A stretch of 64,000 nucleotides of DNA from Candidatus Poribacteria bacterium (GTDB lineage: Bacteria > Poribacteria > WGA-4E > PCPOR2b), in the NCBI GenBank assembly GCA_965215015.1, contig OZ244042.1:1504001-1568000 (forward strand), given 5' to 3'. Position numbers and translations under genes: made by a program. Positions within the stretch are counted from its first letter, which is position 1. Each line of letters starts with the position of its first letter. Shown piece after piece: positions 8,088-18,667 of this stretch. Below the pieces are notes generated by a model. That model saw only the letters and a list, made by a program, of their open reading frames with translations. It did no database searches and was not told where the DNA came from.

Positions 8088-10202
8088 TTAAGGCCTAAGG
8101 CGTTTTAACGAATTAGAACACCACTTTCGTACTATGCCGCTTCTGTCATTCAGTCCGTTGAGGAGCACATCAAGAGTTCTTTTATCTCCAACTTGACCAC
8201 ATTGCCCTAGGGCTTTGGCAGCAGCAGCTCGAGCATGATGATAGGAGTCATTTTCTAGGACTCCAATGAGTGAAAACAGTGATGCTTTATCACCTATTGA
8301 TCCAAGAGCTTCAGCTGCTGCTGTTCGAACAATTCCGTCCTCATCTTTTAAAGCATTGCATAAAGGTTGAACTACTGAAACATGTTTTAATTTTCCCAAA
8401 GTTCTAGGTGCCTTGCGTCGAATTTTCTGATCTGGCGATTGTAACTCAAATATTGCAGATTGTAGGAGTTGCTTTTCGTCAACAAGTAATACCCTAATAG
8501 ATTCTTCGTGTTTTTGAATCAACGAAGAAATGATGTTGTTAACCTTTTCTTCAAGATTATCTTCAAGCAGTTTGATCAACACTTTATAGGCGGCGGTTGA
8601 ATCAATTTTGACCAAGGCACGGATGGCATGAATTCTTACGTCTGCGTTTGAATCCGATTTCGCCATGTCAAGCAGTCTTTGCCAATATTTCTTTTCAAAC
8701 TGACATAAAGCTCTGACCGACATGACCCGAAATCTTGCAAGATGGTTATAGGTTAACCGTACAAACATCAGTTCATCATCCGGAGTCACACCTCCATCAA
8801 TTAGTCCTTTTAGGATGCTCACTTGAGTATTCAAAGGTATCTTTCGCCTTTGAGCTTGGTTGAAAACATTTCTGAGATAGTTCCTTGATTTAATCTCACC
8901 GATTGCACCCAAAGCAATATATGCGGTATTACAGACCCTTGAATTAGTATTTTTCGTTAGGCTTTTAAGTATTTCAATTGCTGAATCTTTCTCCTTGATA
9001 TTTAACTTTACAGCAGCATTCTTTAATGATGTGATAGCACGCAATTGTGCATTGGTTGATAATGGTTCTTTAATGGCTTTACAGAGAAAGAAAAATAATC
9101 TCTCAGGTGCTATATCATTCAAAGTGCTTAAAACTATATAAGGAAGTGAGCTTTTTTTGGCTGTATTTAGAATATGCAGTAAAAGTGAAACGGCAACTTC
9201 ACTGTCTTGTAAAAGCCTTAAGAGGCTGCAACATAATTTTAGATTCGCGCTCGCAAGTTCAGCAATATATGGCAATATACATGAGTTGTCCAGAAAGAAA
9301 AGTGCTTTTAACCGTATTTGGGCTTCTTTTCGTCGTTTTTTGTGATCGCTTTTCAGTTCGCTAATTAACCACTCAACAGAATCTTCCTCAAGTTCGCCAT
9401 AAGAAAATTCAATCTCAATGGTGCTTTCGCTTGTTTCTCCATTGGTGAGATTGTCATCAACATTAGGTTCATCTTCAATTTCACTAGGCCCTTCTGGATG
9501 AATAATAATAACTTTAGATTTCTTCCGGTATTTGGACGCCGTTACAACTCGTTCGCGCAAATTGTTCAACTCTGCAAATTTAATATCTTGTCCTCGTGGG
9601 GCAAAACGTTTGCCAATTTGTGGAGCGGATACAGATGATTGTTTGATTAGCGAATGTTTTCTCTTTTGTTTTAGAACTTGGTTGACCGTTACAACAGACT
9701 CTGTAACTTCCAAGCGTTCCTTAACTTGTTCAATCATTTCTGCTGTCAGGATTTCCGCATTAAACCAATAGACATACATATCGTCAAGAATTTGTCGAAT
9801 GGCCATCCGATCAGTAACTTCTATTCCATATTCAACATTTGATTTTAGGCCGGATGGGGTTAGGTTAGAAGAAGTTACAATTGCTGAATTCTCATCAAAG
9901 ATATAAACCTTCGCATGGAGATTGGATATACATTTTACTGTTACCTCCAACCCGGATACCTCTACAAGCTGCAGCAGTTTTTCAAACGCTTCCAAATCTG
10001 AGGATCCGTCGATTAAATCTTGAATTCTAACCCGCGTCAAAATTTGAACCGATACGTTAGGATGATGTTTCGATTGTAAAGTCTCACATAGAAGACTAGC
10101 AACAGGATATTTGATGTAGGGACTGGATATGAATAAGGATTTTTCAACTGCATGGACTTTTGAGAAAAAGTAATTCTCCCACGGTGGTTGAATATATTGC
10201 AT
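8088..10202 (-). CDS. Phospholipase-D-family nuclease domain fused to HEAT/PBS-lyase repeats
   Basis: ISSPYI, LHAKVYIFD..AIVTSSNLT.SG...N.EYG in the N-terminus; C-terminal repeats such as VRTAAAEALGSIGD. Confidence 0.85.
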   Translation of the reverse strand: MQYIQPPWENYFFSKVHAVEKSLFISSPYIKYPVASLLCETLQSKHHPNVSVQILTRVRIQDLIDGSSDLEAFEKLLQLVEVSGLEVTVKCISNLHAKVYIFDENSAIVTSSNLTPSGLKSNVEYGIEVTDRMAIRQILDDMYVYWFNAEILTAEMIEQVKERLEVTESVVTVNQVLKQKRKHSLIKQSSVSAPQIGKRFAPRGQDIKFAELNNLRERVVTASKYRKKSKVIIIHPEGPSEIEDEPNVDDNLTNGETSESTIEIEFSYGELEEDSVEWLISELKSDHKKRRKEAQIRLKALFFLDNSCILPYIAELASANLKLCCSLLRLLQDSEVAVSLLLHILNTAKKSSLPYIVLSTLNDIAPERLFFFLCKAIKEPLSTNAQLRAITSLKNAAVKLNIKEKDSAIEILKSLTKNTNSRVCNTAYIALGAIGEIKSRNYLRNVFNQAQRRKIPLNTQVSILKGLIDGGVTPDDELMFVRLTYNHLARFRVMSVRALCQFEKKYWQRLLDMAKSDSNADVRIHAIRALVKIDSTAAYKVLIKLLEDNLEEKVNNIISSLIQKHEESIRVLLVDEKQLLQSAIFELQSPDQKIRRKAPRTLGKLKHVSVVQPLCNALKDEDGIVRTAAAEALGSIGDKASLFSLIGVLENDSYHHARAAAAKALGQCGQVGDKRTLDVLLNGLNDRSGIVRKWCSNSLKRLRP

Positions 10203-10485
10203 TTAACACTCTCCAAATTGGTTGATTTTTTTACTATAGTAAACACAAGATAGGACTTACGCAGTTGAACATTCAAGTCTTGTAGTTCGGCTATTCCGCG
10301 CCGCAGGACACCACTTCTAACGTCCGATGAATTGGACAACTACAGTAGGTTTTGGTTTGTAATAGGGCGATTTATCAACCTAACCTCCGAACGCGCAATG
10401 AAAGCACGACTACAAATTCAAGTGCGTAACTCCTAAGAAGAAATAAATAGGCTATTTTTCGCAGATATGCTATATTATTGAGATT

Positions 10486-11300
10486 ATGGCACATTCATCA
10501 GATTTACGCACACGCGTCCTTCAATTCATAGAAAATGGGGGCAGTCAAACAGAAGCCGCAAGACGCTTCAACATTGCCCGTGCTGCGATTTACCAATGGC
10601 TCAACGCACCGGATCCTCTCGCGTGTGGAAACCCCGGGACCCGACACCCAAGACAACTTGATCCAACAGCACTGGTTGAACATGTCAAGGCATATCCTGA
10701 CCAAACCCTTGACGAACGCGCCAAACACTTTGGGGTTTCAAAGTCCTGTGTGGCCTATGGACTGCGAAAACTGGAATACACTCGTAAAAAGACAACTGGA
10801 TATAAAGGAGTAATGTCCACAAAAACAGGCAGCCTATCAGCAATGGAAGCTTCTGACAACACCTTAATTTACGTTGACGAGACCGGTTCCCAGATGAAGC
10901 CTTCAGAAGTTATGGCTATGCCCCCGGGGCGAACCCGTCTATGGCTGGATACCCAGCCAAAAAACGCGCACCATGATTTTGATAGCGGCACGACTGAATA
11001 ATCGGTTGACTGCCCCCAAGCTCTTATCGGGGAGTTGTAATACCGACAGGTTCAATACATGGCTTGAACAGGAGTTATGCCCCCTTTTGGATGCCAATAG
11101 TGTGGTGATAATGGATAATGCACGGATTCACAAGACCCCTCAGACCCGAAAATTGATTAAAGGTCGTGGTGCGGCGTTGGTATACTTGCCCCCCTTTATT
11201 CGCCCGATTATAATCCCGTTGCACACGATTTACCAATCTCAAACGGTGCCGGTCATACAATGCGGATGAGCCTCTTAAGGAGATTATCAATATGTATTGT
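10486..11300 (+). mobile_element. IS630-family transposase remnant (multiple frameshifts)
   Basis: MAHSSDLRTRVL...EAARRF HTH, TRKK frameshift region, IYVDETG, VIMDNARIHK, LVYLPP DDE motifs in broken frames. Confidence 0.85.
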
Positions 11301-11321
11301 TAATTATAGAATCTACTATGA

Positions 11322-12377
11322 TTATTGAAACCTCTGAATCGCGTCAACCAACTTATCTGCCCCAAAACGGATGACATCCGTGGCGGGTAATCCTGTCTCT
11401 TGCTCTATGTCTTCAACAGCTTGATGGGCTTCTGCTTCGGTGAGATCAAAGCAGTTCAGGCCAATCCCAATGACTTTGGCGGGTTTAATGGGGTTGGCAA
11501 GTATCTCATACTGACGGATTAATTCCGGCACCGGAGGCAGCGGCACAGTGTATCGGGCGACAATCTTCCGTGAGGGTTGATGGCAAAAGATTACCGCATC
11601 GGGCATCGAACCGTGCAGGAGGCTCAGTGTAACGCCCGAATAGTCGGGATGCACTAGCGATCCCTGTCCTTCAACGATGAGGAGATCACGGGCCCTTTTT
11701 GCCCCTTCAAGCACAATCTCCTCCGATGCCCCCGCTGTGAAGTCCGATACCACTGCGTCAATGGCAATTCCCCAACCGGAGATCATGATACCGTTCTGAC
11801 CAGTCGCGCAAAATTCGGCGTCCAATCCACGATTCCGTGCGGTCTCTGCGAGCTCAATCGCTGTCACCATTTTGCCGATTCGACAATCCGATCCGACAGT
11901 CAGGATAACGGTTGGATCCACTTCGTCAGCTTTGCAGGTCGCAATCGGCAGGCCTGCCGGCGGTTTACGCACATCCCACAGCATAACATTGTGGCGTTTG
12001 GCGAAATCAGCGAGTTGTGGGTCATCACTCAGGAATCGGTGGAGCCCACTCATGACATGCAGCCCGTGTCCGATAGCTTCCTTTAGAATTGCTATCCACG
12101 TTTCAGGCAGTTGACCCCCCGGCGGCGCAATGCCAATTGCGAGCATCGTTGGATTCAATTCCATCGCTTCCGTAAGGCTGCTAAGGACCGGAATTCCCTC
12201 CCCGATTCCAATGACTTCGCTGACATCTTTCCCGGCCTGTTCGCTGTCGATAACAGCAACGACATTTTCGGTATGGTAGCGCACTAACACTGTCGCTGCT
12301 TTTGATTCGAGGATGCCGAATGAACCTTCGGCGAGAATCGCCATTTTATGTGCTTTGGGATTGAGTTGTTGTTCCAT
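11322..12377 (-). CDS. DUF1611 family protein, copy B
   Basis: Near-identical to 277-1332; last residues differ (QRFQ vs KKNN). Confidence 0.85.
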   Translation of the reverse strand: MEQQLNPKAHKMAILAEGSFGILESKAATVLVRYHTENVVAVIDSEQAGKDVSEVIGIGEGIPVLSSLTEAMELNPTMLAIGIAPPGGQLPETWIAILKEAIGHGLHVMSGLHRFLSDDPQLADFAKRHNVMLWDVRKPPAGLPIATCKADEVDPTVILTVGSDCRIGKMVTAIELAETARNRGLDAEFCATGQNGIMISGWGIAIDAVVSDFTAGASEEIVLEGAKRARDLLIVEGQGSLVHPDYSGVTLSLLHGSMPDAVIFCHQPSRKIVARYTVPLPPVPELIRQYEILANPIKPAKVIGIGLNCFDLTEAEAHQAVEDIEQETGLPATDVIRFGADKLVDAIQRFQ

Positions 12378-12410
12378 ACGCCTTGTCCTTATTTGTTTTG
12401 ACAGTCTTTG

Positions 12411-12644
12411 TCATTGATACAACATTTCTTTGACTGAAAATTGTACTTTTAATTGCAAGAGTTGCGTTTCTGGCAGCCCTGTAATTTCAGCGATGAGCTC
12501 AACCTCCATTCCCTTGGCAAGCATCCCCCTTGCGGATTCAATCTTCCCTTCCTTTTTGCCTTCGACCCGGCCTTCCCTTTTGCCTTCGACTCGGCCGTTG
12601 TGATAGATCTGTTGCTTCTCTTTTTCTAATGCGGTAATTAACAT
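12411..12644 (-). CDS. Stand-alone RpnS-like small protein, copy B, 2 repeat units
   Basis: Same arrangement as 1367-1624. Confidence 0.7.
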   Translation of the reverse strand: MLITALEKEKQQIYHNGRVEGKREGRVEGKKEGKIESARGMLAKGMEVELIAEITGLPETQLLQLKVQFSVKEMLYQ

Positions 12645-12649
12645 CGTCC

Positions 12650-13636
12650 TTACCTCTTTTCTGAGGGAAGCTCTGCCTTCAACTGCAAGAGTTGCGCTTC
12701 TGGGAGCCCTGTAATTTCAGCGATGATCTCAATTTCCATTCCCTTGGCAAGCATCACCCTTGCGGATTCAATCTTCCCTTCCTTTTTGCCTTCGACCCGG
12801 CCTTCCCTTTTGCCTTCGACCCGGCCTTCTCTTTTACCTTCGACCCGGCCTTCCCTTTTACCTTCGACTCGACCGTTGTGATAGATCTGTTGCTTCTCTT
12901 TTTCTAATGCGGTAATTAACATCGTCCTTACCTCCTCTTCATCTTGATAAATAGTTTCTAATGACTCATAGTCTCTAGCTGCAATCCGTCCGTGGAGTGC
13001 CAACTGCTTGAACCAATTTAAAAACAGACTAACTGCCCCCTTGTCCGCCTCCGATGAGAACAGATTTAGCAATTCTGTCTCTAGCACATCTACATCGTAA
13101 TACGATTCCGCTAAAAACAGTGTAGAGACGATGTTTCGGATTTTCAGAAGGGCTTGTTGGCTGTATTGGTTTTCAGCAATAAGGAAATACTGAAAATCTA
13201 ACGCAAACGCGCCCAATGATGGCGTCTGCTCAATTAAATCGGAAAGGTTAATCGGTGCTGTCCAGCGGTCCTCTCCATTGTATAGCACGATGGGGAAAAC
13301 CGCGGGCAGTTTTTTTACCTGTTTATGCTCGGCAACATAGTCCATGTAGAAGTTGGTTATGTAGTTGAGGGCTCGTAACGCCATGAAGGGGTCAACCGTG
13401 GATTGGAACTCAATGAGGATATAAATATAAACCTCATGATTAAGCAACTGAACTTTGTAAATCAAATCACTTTCGGTTTCCTTGTAGTGTTGGGAGATGA
13501 ATGACTTATCAAGGGTTTCACAAGTCGCAAAATCCAGGTGATTGACCCATTCTTGTGTAACAAAGGTCTCAATCAGTTGCCGGAATATGGTCTGATTTGA
13601 AAAGAGTTTTTTGTATCCGCTGTCGTGAATGTTCAC
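12650..13636 (-). CDS. Rpn-family recombination-promoting nuclease / putative transposase, copy B, 4 repeat units
   Basis: Near-identical to 1630-2640, one 24-bp repeat fewer. Confidence 0.9.
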   Translation of the reverse strand: MNIHDSGYKKLFSNQTIFRQLIETFVTQEWVNHLDFATCETLDKSFISQHYKETESDLIYKVQLLNHEVYIYILIEFQSTVDPFMALRALNYITNFYMDYVAEHKQVKKLPAVFPIVLYNGEDRWTAPINLSDLIEQTPSLGAFALDFQYFLIAENQYSQQALLKIRNIVSTLFLAESYYDVDVLETELLNLFSSEADKGAVSLFLNWFKQLALHGRIAARDYESLETIYQDEEEVRTMLITALEKEKQQIYHNGRVEGKREGRVEGKREGRVEGKREGRVEGKKEGKIESARVMLAKGMEIEIIAEITGLPEAQLLQLKAELPSEKR

Positions 13637-13674
13637 CGTTAGCCCCTCTCAAAGACTTGCGTCGGACGATTCAC

Positions 13675-16152
13675 CTATTCGCCCATTTGCTGACCGGTGG
13701 GTTTGTTGAGTCGATTCCCCTGAGCCTCATTCTGTATCTGTCGAGCAATGATTCTCACCGGCGTTGCTTTGGGCGGCACAACATCTGTATTGACGCGGTA
13801 GGTTCGGTCGTCTGTACCGCCGGGCAGCGGATGGTTGAAGATTGAATCTGGGTCACGGTACACCGCAATAATATTGTGAAACAGTTGGGTGGTGAACTGG
13901 TTACGGATAAAACGTCCACCTGTGAATACCCAATGGGTTTGCCGCATCGGCTGTTTAGTCATCGCATTCCAGATTAATTCTTCAGCGCGATGCCGAATAA
14001 TCTGCTCACCACGTTCCCATTCAACCCATAGCTCGACTGGATCGCCTTCGGGGAGATGAGGGTCACCTTCCACAGTGAGGTTCATACCCGGATTCAAGTT
14101 CAAGCGGAGAAGCGCAAGCTGGATGTGTATCGGTTCGGCATCGAGCATAAGGAGGCTTTCATGTGTTTTGCCCAGTTCGCCGACTGCAAAAAATTCGAGG
14201 ATGGTCTCTGGACTGATAAGATTGACTTCACCGTTCATGACCACTTCATGTTTATTTACATCAACCGTGACAGTCCCCAATTGGTAGATACCCTCGCCGA
14301 TGTCGCGGATAGCGGCGGTTGGGTCAATTGCCTCCGCGGACTCCGGACGGATGGTTAATTGCTGCGATGTGATATTGTTACCACGGTCCAGGTCCGCAAT
14401 ATCCTCATTTGGGTCAACAATGGCATAGAGTGTATGATCCCCGTCCTCACTTGGGATCCAGTTAATCGCAGTAGTCGTTTCGTCGAGGTTCTTGTTAAAG
14501 AGTACCTCTTGAGAATCAATCTTTTTTCCACCCCGCGCCGGAGCACCATCGTAAAAATCCACCGGAACCGTTGACTCAATTGGCGCACCGGTATTTGTCA
14601 GTGTGACACTGATTCGCACAGGGTCGCCGACGCGCGGCGAAGGTGGGGAGTAACGAAGGCTACGGTTTACCGCACCGAGGTCTGGTTGTATCGGCTTCGG
14701 CAACGAACGTGTCAGAAACATCAGCGCAAAGCAGGTTGTTGGGAAATAGTCCTCGTGATCGATCCAGCGTCCATCGGGTTGCTGCTCAGCAACGAACATA
14801 CTAGCTATGTCCTGATACCAATCATGTCCGACAAGCCTATCTAGTTTCGGGGGGATATCGCAGAAGCGTTGTAATGTCACAAAATAGTAGTGATGCCAAG
14901 AATTTGCGCCGGGATTTCGGGTGAGCGACCAGTGTTTCTGGATCCACTGCAACCCCTTCTGTACTTGTGGGTCCTCAACAGGAACGCCAAATGCGCGGAG
15001 CGTCCAAAGTCCCGTTGCTGTCATGCTACCGTAGACACCTTCCGCCCAAGGCGAACCGTGCTCCACCCGATTATACAGCCAGCCGCCGGTTTCTGTCTGA
15101 TTGCTACGAATCCACTCCTCGGCGCGTTTCCAAGTCTCTGAGGGAACTTCGAGTCCCCACTGTTTTGCAGCGTAAAGGGCATAGACCACCCAGTTAAAGT
15201 GCGCTCCATCGGCTGTCGCACCGTAGCCCCAACCGCCAAAATCTCTTGGATCTGAAAACTCCTCACCGCCAAATGGTAATTGACTTTTAACGAGCTGATT
15301 CACCGAAAACTGAGCGCGTTTGCGATATTCCGGCAGGTTGGTAGCGACGAGTGTTGGCAAAACGATAGAGTGAACGTAGACATCAAAGGTATTCCAATCC
15401 TGCTGCATGAGAAAATCCAACCCCTGTTGCATCGCCGGATCTGATGCAGGAACCCCCGCCGACATTAAAGCGAGCAATGCAAGCGCAGTTTCTTGCTTGC
15501 TATCTTCCCCCAGATCCCATGCTGGACCGGGCAAAAGATCTTCAGACAGCCCTTTAAGGGTTGCGCCGCAGATGACGCAGATTGAGATAAGCTGGTTTTC
15601 GGAACCACACTGCAAACAGGTGCGGTTATGTTTTCCCTGCTGGGCTCTTATCCACGCTACCCCTCTTTGAATTGCGTTTTGGATCTGCTCAGGGGTTGCC
15701 TTGGGAAACGTACGCCGCGTTGCAGTAATTGAGGTGTGAGCAATGTTATTGCTGCGATTGGCTTCCTGAATCTCTTTGTCGTCCCCAGCCGGGTTGACGA
15801 CAGCATACACTGCCGTTTTCCCAGGCGGTGGTCGCCACTGTGTTTTGACCCTTTTTAATTGACCGACCCCCAACCCCAAAATCACATCTCTGCACATAAT
15901 CTGCAGCGGGGTTGTCCCCGGTTCGCCTTCGTAAAGATTGACCACCAAATCCTCATTCATCGTCGGAGCAACCTGTCCCACGTTTTTAACGATGATGTAA
16001 ACTGTGATTTCCTCTCCCTCAAGCGGAGTAGGGTTGGAAAACACAAAACTTGTGCTATCTATCTCAAAGTCCGGTAGTGGTATTTGTTGTGCCTGTGCGT
16101 GAAATGGGATGAGGAAGGGTATCAGAGCGAAAAGGAAACGAAATCTATACAT
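13675..16152 (-). CDS. Secreted multidomain protein: CARDB - prenyltransferase/squalene-cyclase-like alpha barrel (with CxxC..CxxC insert) - CARDB - YdjY-like domain
   Basis: Signal peptide (likely start 16152), PDF.IDS...NIA CARDB pattern, GGWGY/GGWLY/QQPDGRW barrel repeats, K.HESLL and WVFTG C-terminal motifs. Confidence 0.65.
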   Translation of the reverse strand: MYRFRFLFALIPFLIPFHAQAQQIPLPDFEIDSTSFVFSNPTPLEGEEITVYIIVKNVGQVAPTMNEDLVVNLYEGEPGTTPLQIMCRDVILGLGVGQLKRVKTQWRPPPGKTAVYAVVNPAGDDKEIQEANRSNNIAHTSITATRRTFPKATPEQIQNAIQRGVAWIRAQQGKHNRTCLQCGSENQLISICVICGATLKGLSEDLLPGPAWDLGEDSKQETALALLALMSAGVPASDPAMQQGLDFLMQQDWNTFDVYVHSIVLPTLVATNLPEYRKRAQFSVNQLVKSQLPFGGEEFSDPRDFGGWGYGATADGAHFNWVVYALYAAKQWGLEVPSETWKRAEEWIRSNQTETGGWLYNRVEHGSPWAEGVYGSMTATGLWTLRAFGVPVEDPQVQKGLQWIQKHWSLTRNPGANSWHHYYFVTLQRFCDIPPKLDRLVGHDWYQDIASMFVAEQQPDGRWIDHEDYFPTTCFALMFLTRSLPKPIQPDLGAVNRSLRYSPPSPRVGDPVRISVTLTNTGAPIESTVPVDFYDGAPARGGKKIDSQEVLFNKNLDETTTAINWIPSEDGDHTLYAIVDPNEDIADLDRGNNITSQQLTIRPESAEAIDPTAAIRDIGEGIYQLGTVTVDVNKHEVVMNGEVNLISPETILEFFAVGELGKTHESLLMLDAEPIHIQLALLRLNLNPGMNLTVEGDPHLPEGDPVELWVEWERGEQIIRHRAEELIWNAMTKQPMRQTHWVFTGGRFIRNQFTTQLFHNIIAVYRDPDSIFNHPLPGGTDDRTYRVNTDVVPPKATPVRIIARQIQNEAQGNRLNKPTGQQMGE

Positions 16153-16263
16153 ACGACCCCCTTCTTTATCTGTTAAGCTCAGATTGGTTAAAAAAGTTGA
16201 GAGAATTAACAATCGCGGATTAAAGATGAAGCAGGTAAATGGGCAGTTCTAGCCGTACATGTG

Positions 16264-17256
16264 TTATTGTCCCGCCCAATTTCCAACAGAAACAAAAGAG
16301 GGTTGTGGTATTGGACTTTGAACCAATGCCTGCCCTTCTGCCGAAAATTTGGTAACCATTCCTTCCAATGGTGGCATCCCAATCTGTTGGTCGGCAACCC
16401 AAATGCTTCCATCCTGGGAACTTACGCCAATTGAGAGGATTGCAATCCCTGCCTCAGGAACTTCTACCAGCTTTTGACCAGCCGCAGATAATTTAACGAG
16501 AGTATTGGAGCTCGCAACGACCCAAAGATTGCCATTTTTCTGGTTGACACTCGGAGAGCTTGGCAGCTTAATGTCGGCAATTCTGAGCATTTCCTGACCG
16601 CTTGGACTCAATTTTACAATAACATTGGCGTGTGGGTCTGTCACCCACGCATTGCCAGATTGGGAATTGACAGCGACATACTTGGGCTCTTTCAGTTTTA
16701 CCGGGGAGGTCGCAGCCACTGTGCCCCCCGCACTATACCGAGCAATCGTTCCGCGAGAGTCTGTGACCCAGCAACTACCGTCGGTGCTATTGACCGCAAC
16801 TTCTGGCTCGTGAACGCCAGTGACTGTCGCAAGGACCTGACTGCCATCGGCTGAAAATTTCTGAACTGTATTATTCCCACCGACCCAGACGGTCCCATCA
16901 GTCGGGTTGACTGAGACAGCATGCGGCTGTGTAATTGGTGGAAGTTGAATGAATGCTTGGTTGGGATCTGGGCTTGCAGGGTTATATCTGAAGACCGCCC
17001 CCGCAGCGGAAACAGCAATCCATACAACGCCACTTTTCGGATCCACCACTGCCGCGTTCGTTTGGCTGACAGCCACAGGAAAAGAAATACCACTTTGATC
17101 ACGACTGCCATCCGGATAGAACTTATAAATGGTATCCCCCCCGCTGACGACCCAGCATTCACCATTGTAACTCGCGTGAAGTGGGTTGAGTGAAACCATA
17201 ATGAGAACAAGCATCGCTAATAACATCTGTAGTGTACGCGAAACACACTTTTTCAT
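16264..17256 (-). CDS. Secreted NHL/SMP-30-like beta-propeller protein
   Basis: Signal peptide after AGGAG RBS; repeated P..VAVN..DG..WV.D blades. Confidence 0.75.
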   Translation of the reverse strand: MKKCVSRTLQMLLAMLVLIMVSLNPLHASYNGECWVVSGGDTIYKFYPDGSRDQSGISFPVAVSQTNAAVVDPKSGVVWIAVSAAGAVFRYNPASPDPNQAFIQLPPITQPHAVSVNPTDGTVWVGGNNTVQKFSADGSQVLATVTGVHEPEVAVNSTDGSCWVTDSRGTIARYSAGGTVAATSPVKLKEPKYVAVNSQSGNAWVTDPHANVIVKLSPSGQEMLRIADIKLPSSPSVNQKNGNLWVVASSNTLVKLSAAGQKLVEVPEAGIAILSIGVSSQDGSIWVADQQIGMPPLEGMVTKFSAEGQALVQSPIPQPSFVSVGNWAGQ

Positions 17257-17486
17257 CTGACTTAATCTCCTATAAATGTTTGGGCGTAATCGTTGTGAGA
17301 ACAAATTGCATCAAGGCAACAAGATGTCAATAGATTAACACATCCACTCGCAATGTTCAAGCATTTTTGGATGACTTGACAGCTTAACCTTGCTCATGGA
17401 ATCCGAATCAGTTATAATTGTTATAGCTAAACTGTGACGAGGATACAGTACCTTCAAGGTTCCATGAAACATACCATAATAAAGAC

Positions 17487-18266
17487 ATGATTGCCTTAAT
17501 CCTTAAAGAGCTGCGTTGTTACGCCTACCAACCCAAGTATCGCCGCACCCAGCTTATCATTTTATTTATTCTTGCTTTCGTCCTGTTTGCCACAGCATTT
17601 GAGCAATTCGCGTTAAGCCGTGGACGACCACAAATTCTAGTCGGTGAAAGCATTTATTCCCTCCTAATACCGCTCTTTTTTTGTCTGTTACTTGGCTTGG
17701 TCGTCCCACTGCAGGCCATTGAGTCATTTCAGATTGAACGACACAGATCGAATTGGGATCTATTTACTCTCACACCCATCGGTCATCGAAAGTTGCTTTT
17801 TGGTAAGCTGATGGGAGCGGTTTTGGCACTACTGTGGTGTATTGGTTTGACGATTCCACTCTTTGGGATTTCGGTTTATACGGGCGGATTGGAGATACGT
17901 CAACTACTTCAGTGCGGACTGGTATTTATTGTCGGATTTATAACCTTTTTTTTAATTGGAGCATATTTTATTTTATTGGGGCATCTAAATCATGCGAAGG
18001 AGCGGAGTTACGCCGTTGTGCTGCTACTGACTTTTACGCCACTTATTGCTCCTGCATTGACACCGTTGGTGGATATTCCAACAACTTTACTAGAACTGCT
18101 AAGGGTATTGAGCCCCTTGTGTGTGTTAATCGCTATTGTAAAACCTGACATCTACATTGCCCTCGGCATCGCACCTATTTGGGTGTGGATGGTACTTTAT
18201 CACGCAATTCTATCTGTGGTACTCTTCGGCGTTTTGAGTTGGCAACTTGAAAAGCGGAGCCTGTAA
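17487..18266 (+). CDS. ABC-2-type transporter permease-like membrane protein
   Basis: LILKELR start, ER....WDL..LTP......L.GKL motif, multiple TM segments. Confidence 0.75.
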   Translation: MIALILKELRCYAYQPKYRRTQLIILFILAFVLFATAFEQFALSRGRPQILVGESIYSLLIPLFFCLLLGLVVPLQAIESFQIERHRSNWDLFTLTPIGHRKLLFGKLMGAVLALLWCIGLTIPLFGISVYTGGLEIRQLLQCGLVFIVGFITFFLIGAYFILLGHLNHAKERSYAVVLLLTFTPLIAPALTPLVDIPTTLLELLRVLSPLCVLIAIVKPDIYIALGIAPIWVWMVLYHAILSVVLFGVLSWQLEKRSL

Positions 18267-18667
18267 TAATTCAAGTTGCTAGGTTCTGCTGACATTTGGG
18301 TGTCGTATATGAACCTTGACCGACAGGCTACCTGCCGGTATTGGATCGGGTAAGAATCGGACCTCCTAGCCCGACCTCTTTCCAATTCTCTATGGCAAGC
18401 TGGGAAGCCTACTCCACGAGTCCAAGCCAAAAGTTTGCTGAGCCACGAGCAGTTTATTGATTTATCGCGCACCAACCGAGTGCTATACACATAGCACTCC
18501 TTCCCGATAAGATCGGGATTCAAAGCAATTGGAGTAAGGGAATTGGACGTATTACCTTCTATAGACATATCGCCCCGCTGGGGCGGAGGGTTGATTAACT
18601 TACTTAATTTTAACAACAACTCGATGGATATTCAAATAGCAATTTGGATTGTAATACTTAAAATTAA

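Larger units (their letters stand above)
11338..14496. repeat. Large direct repeat, copy B (homologous to 293-3500)
   Basis: Direct sequence comparison. Confidence 0.95.
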
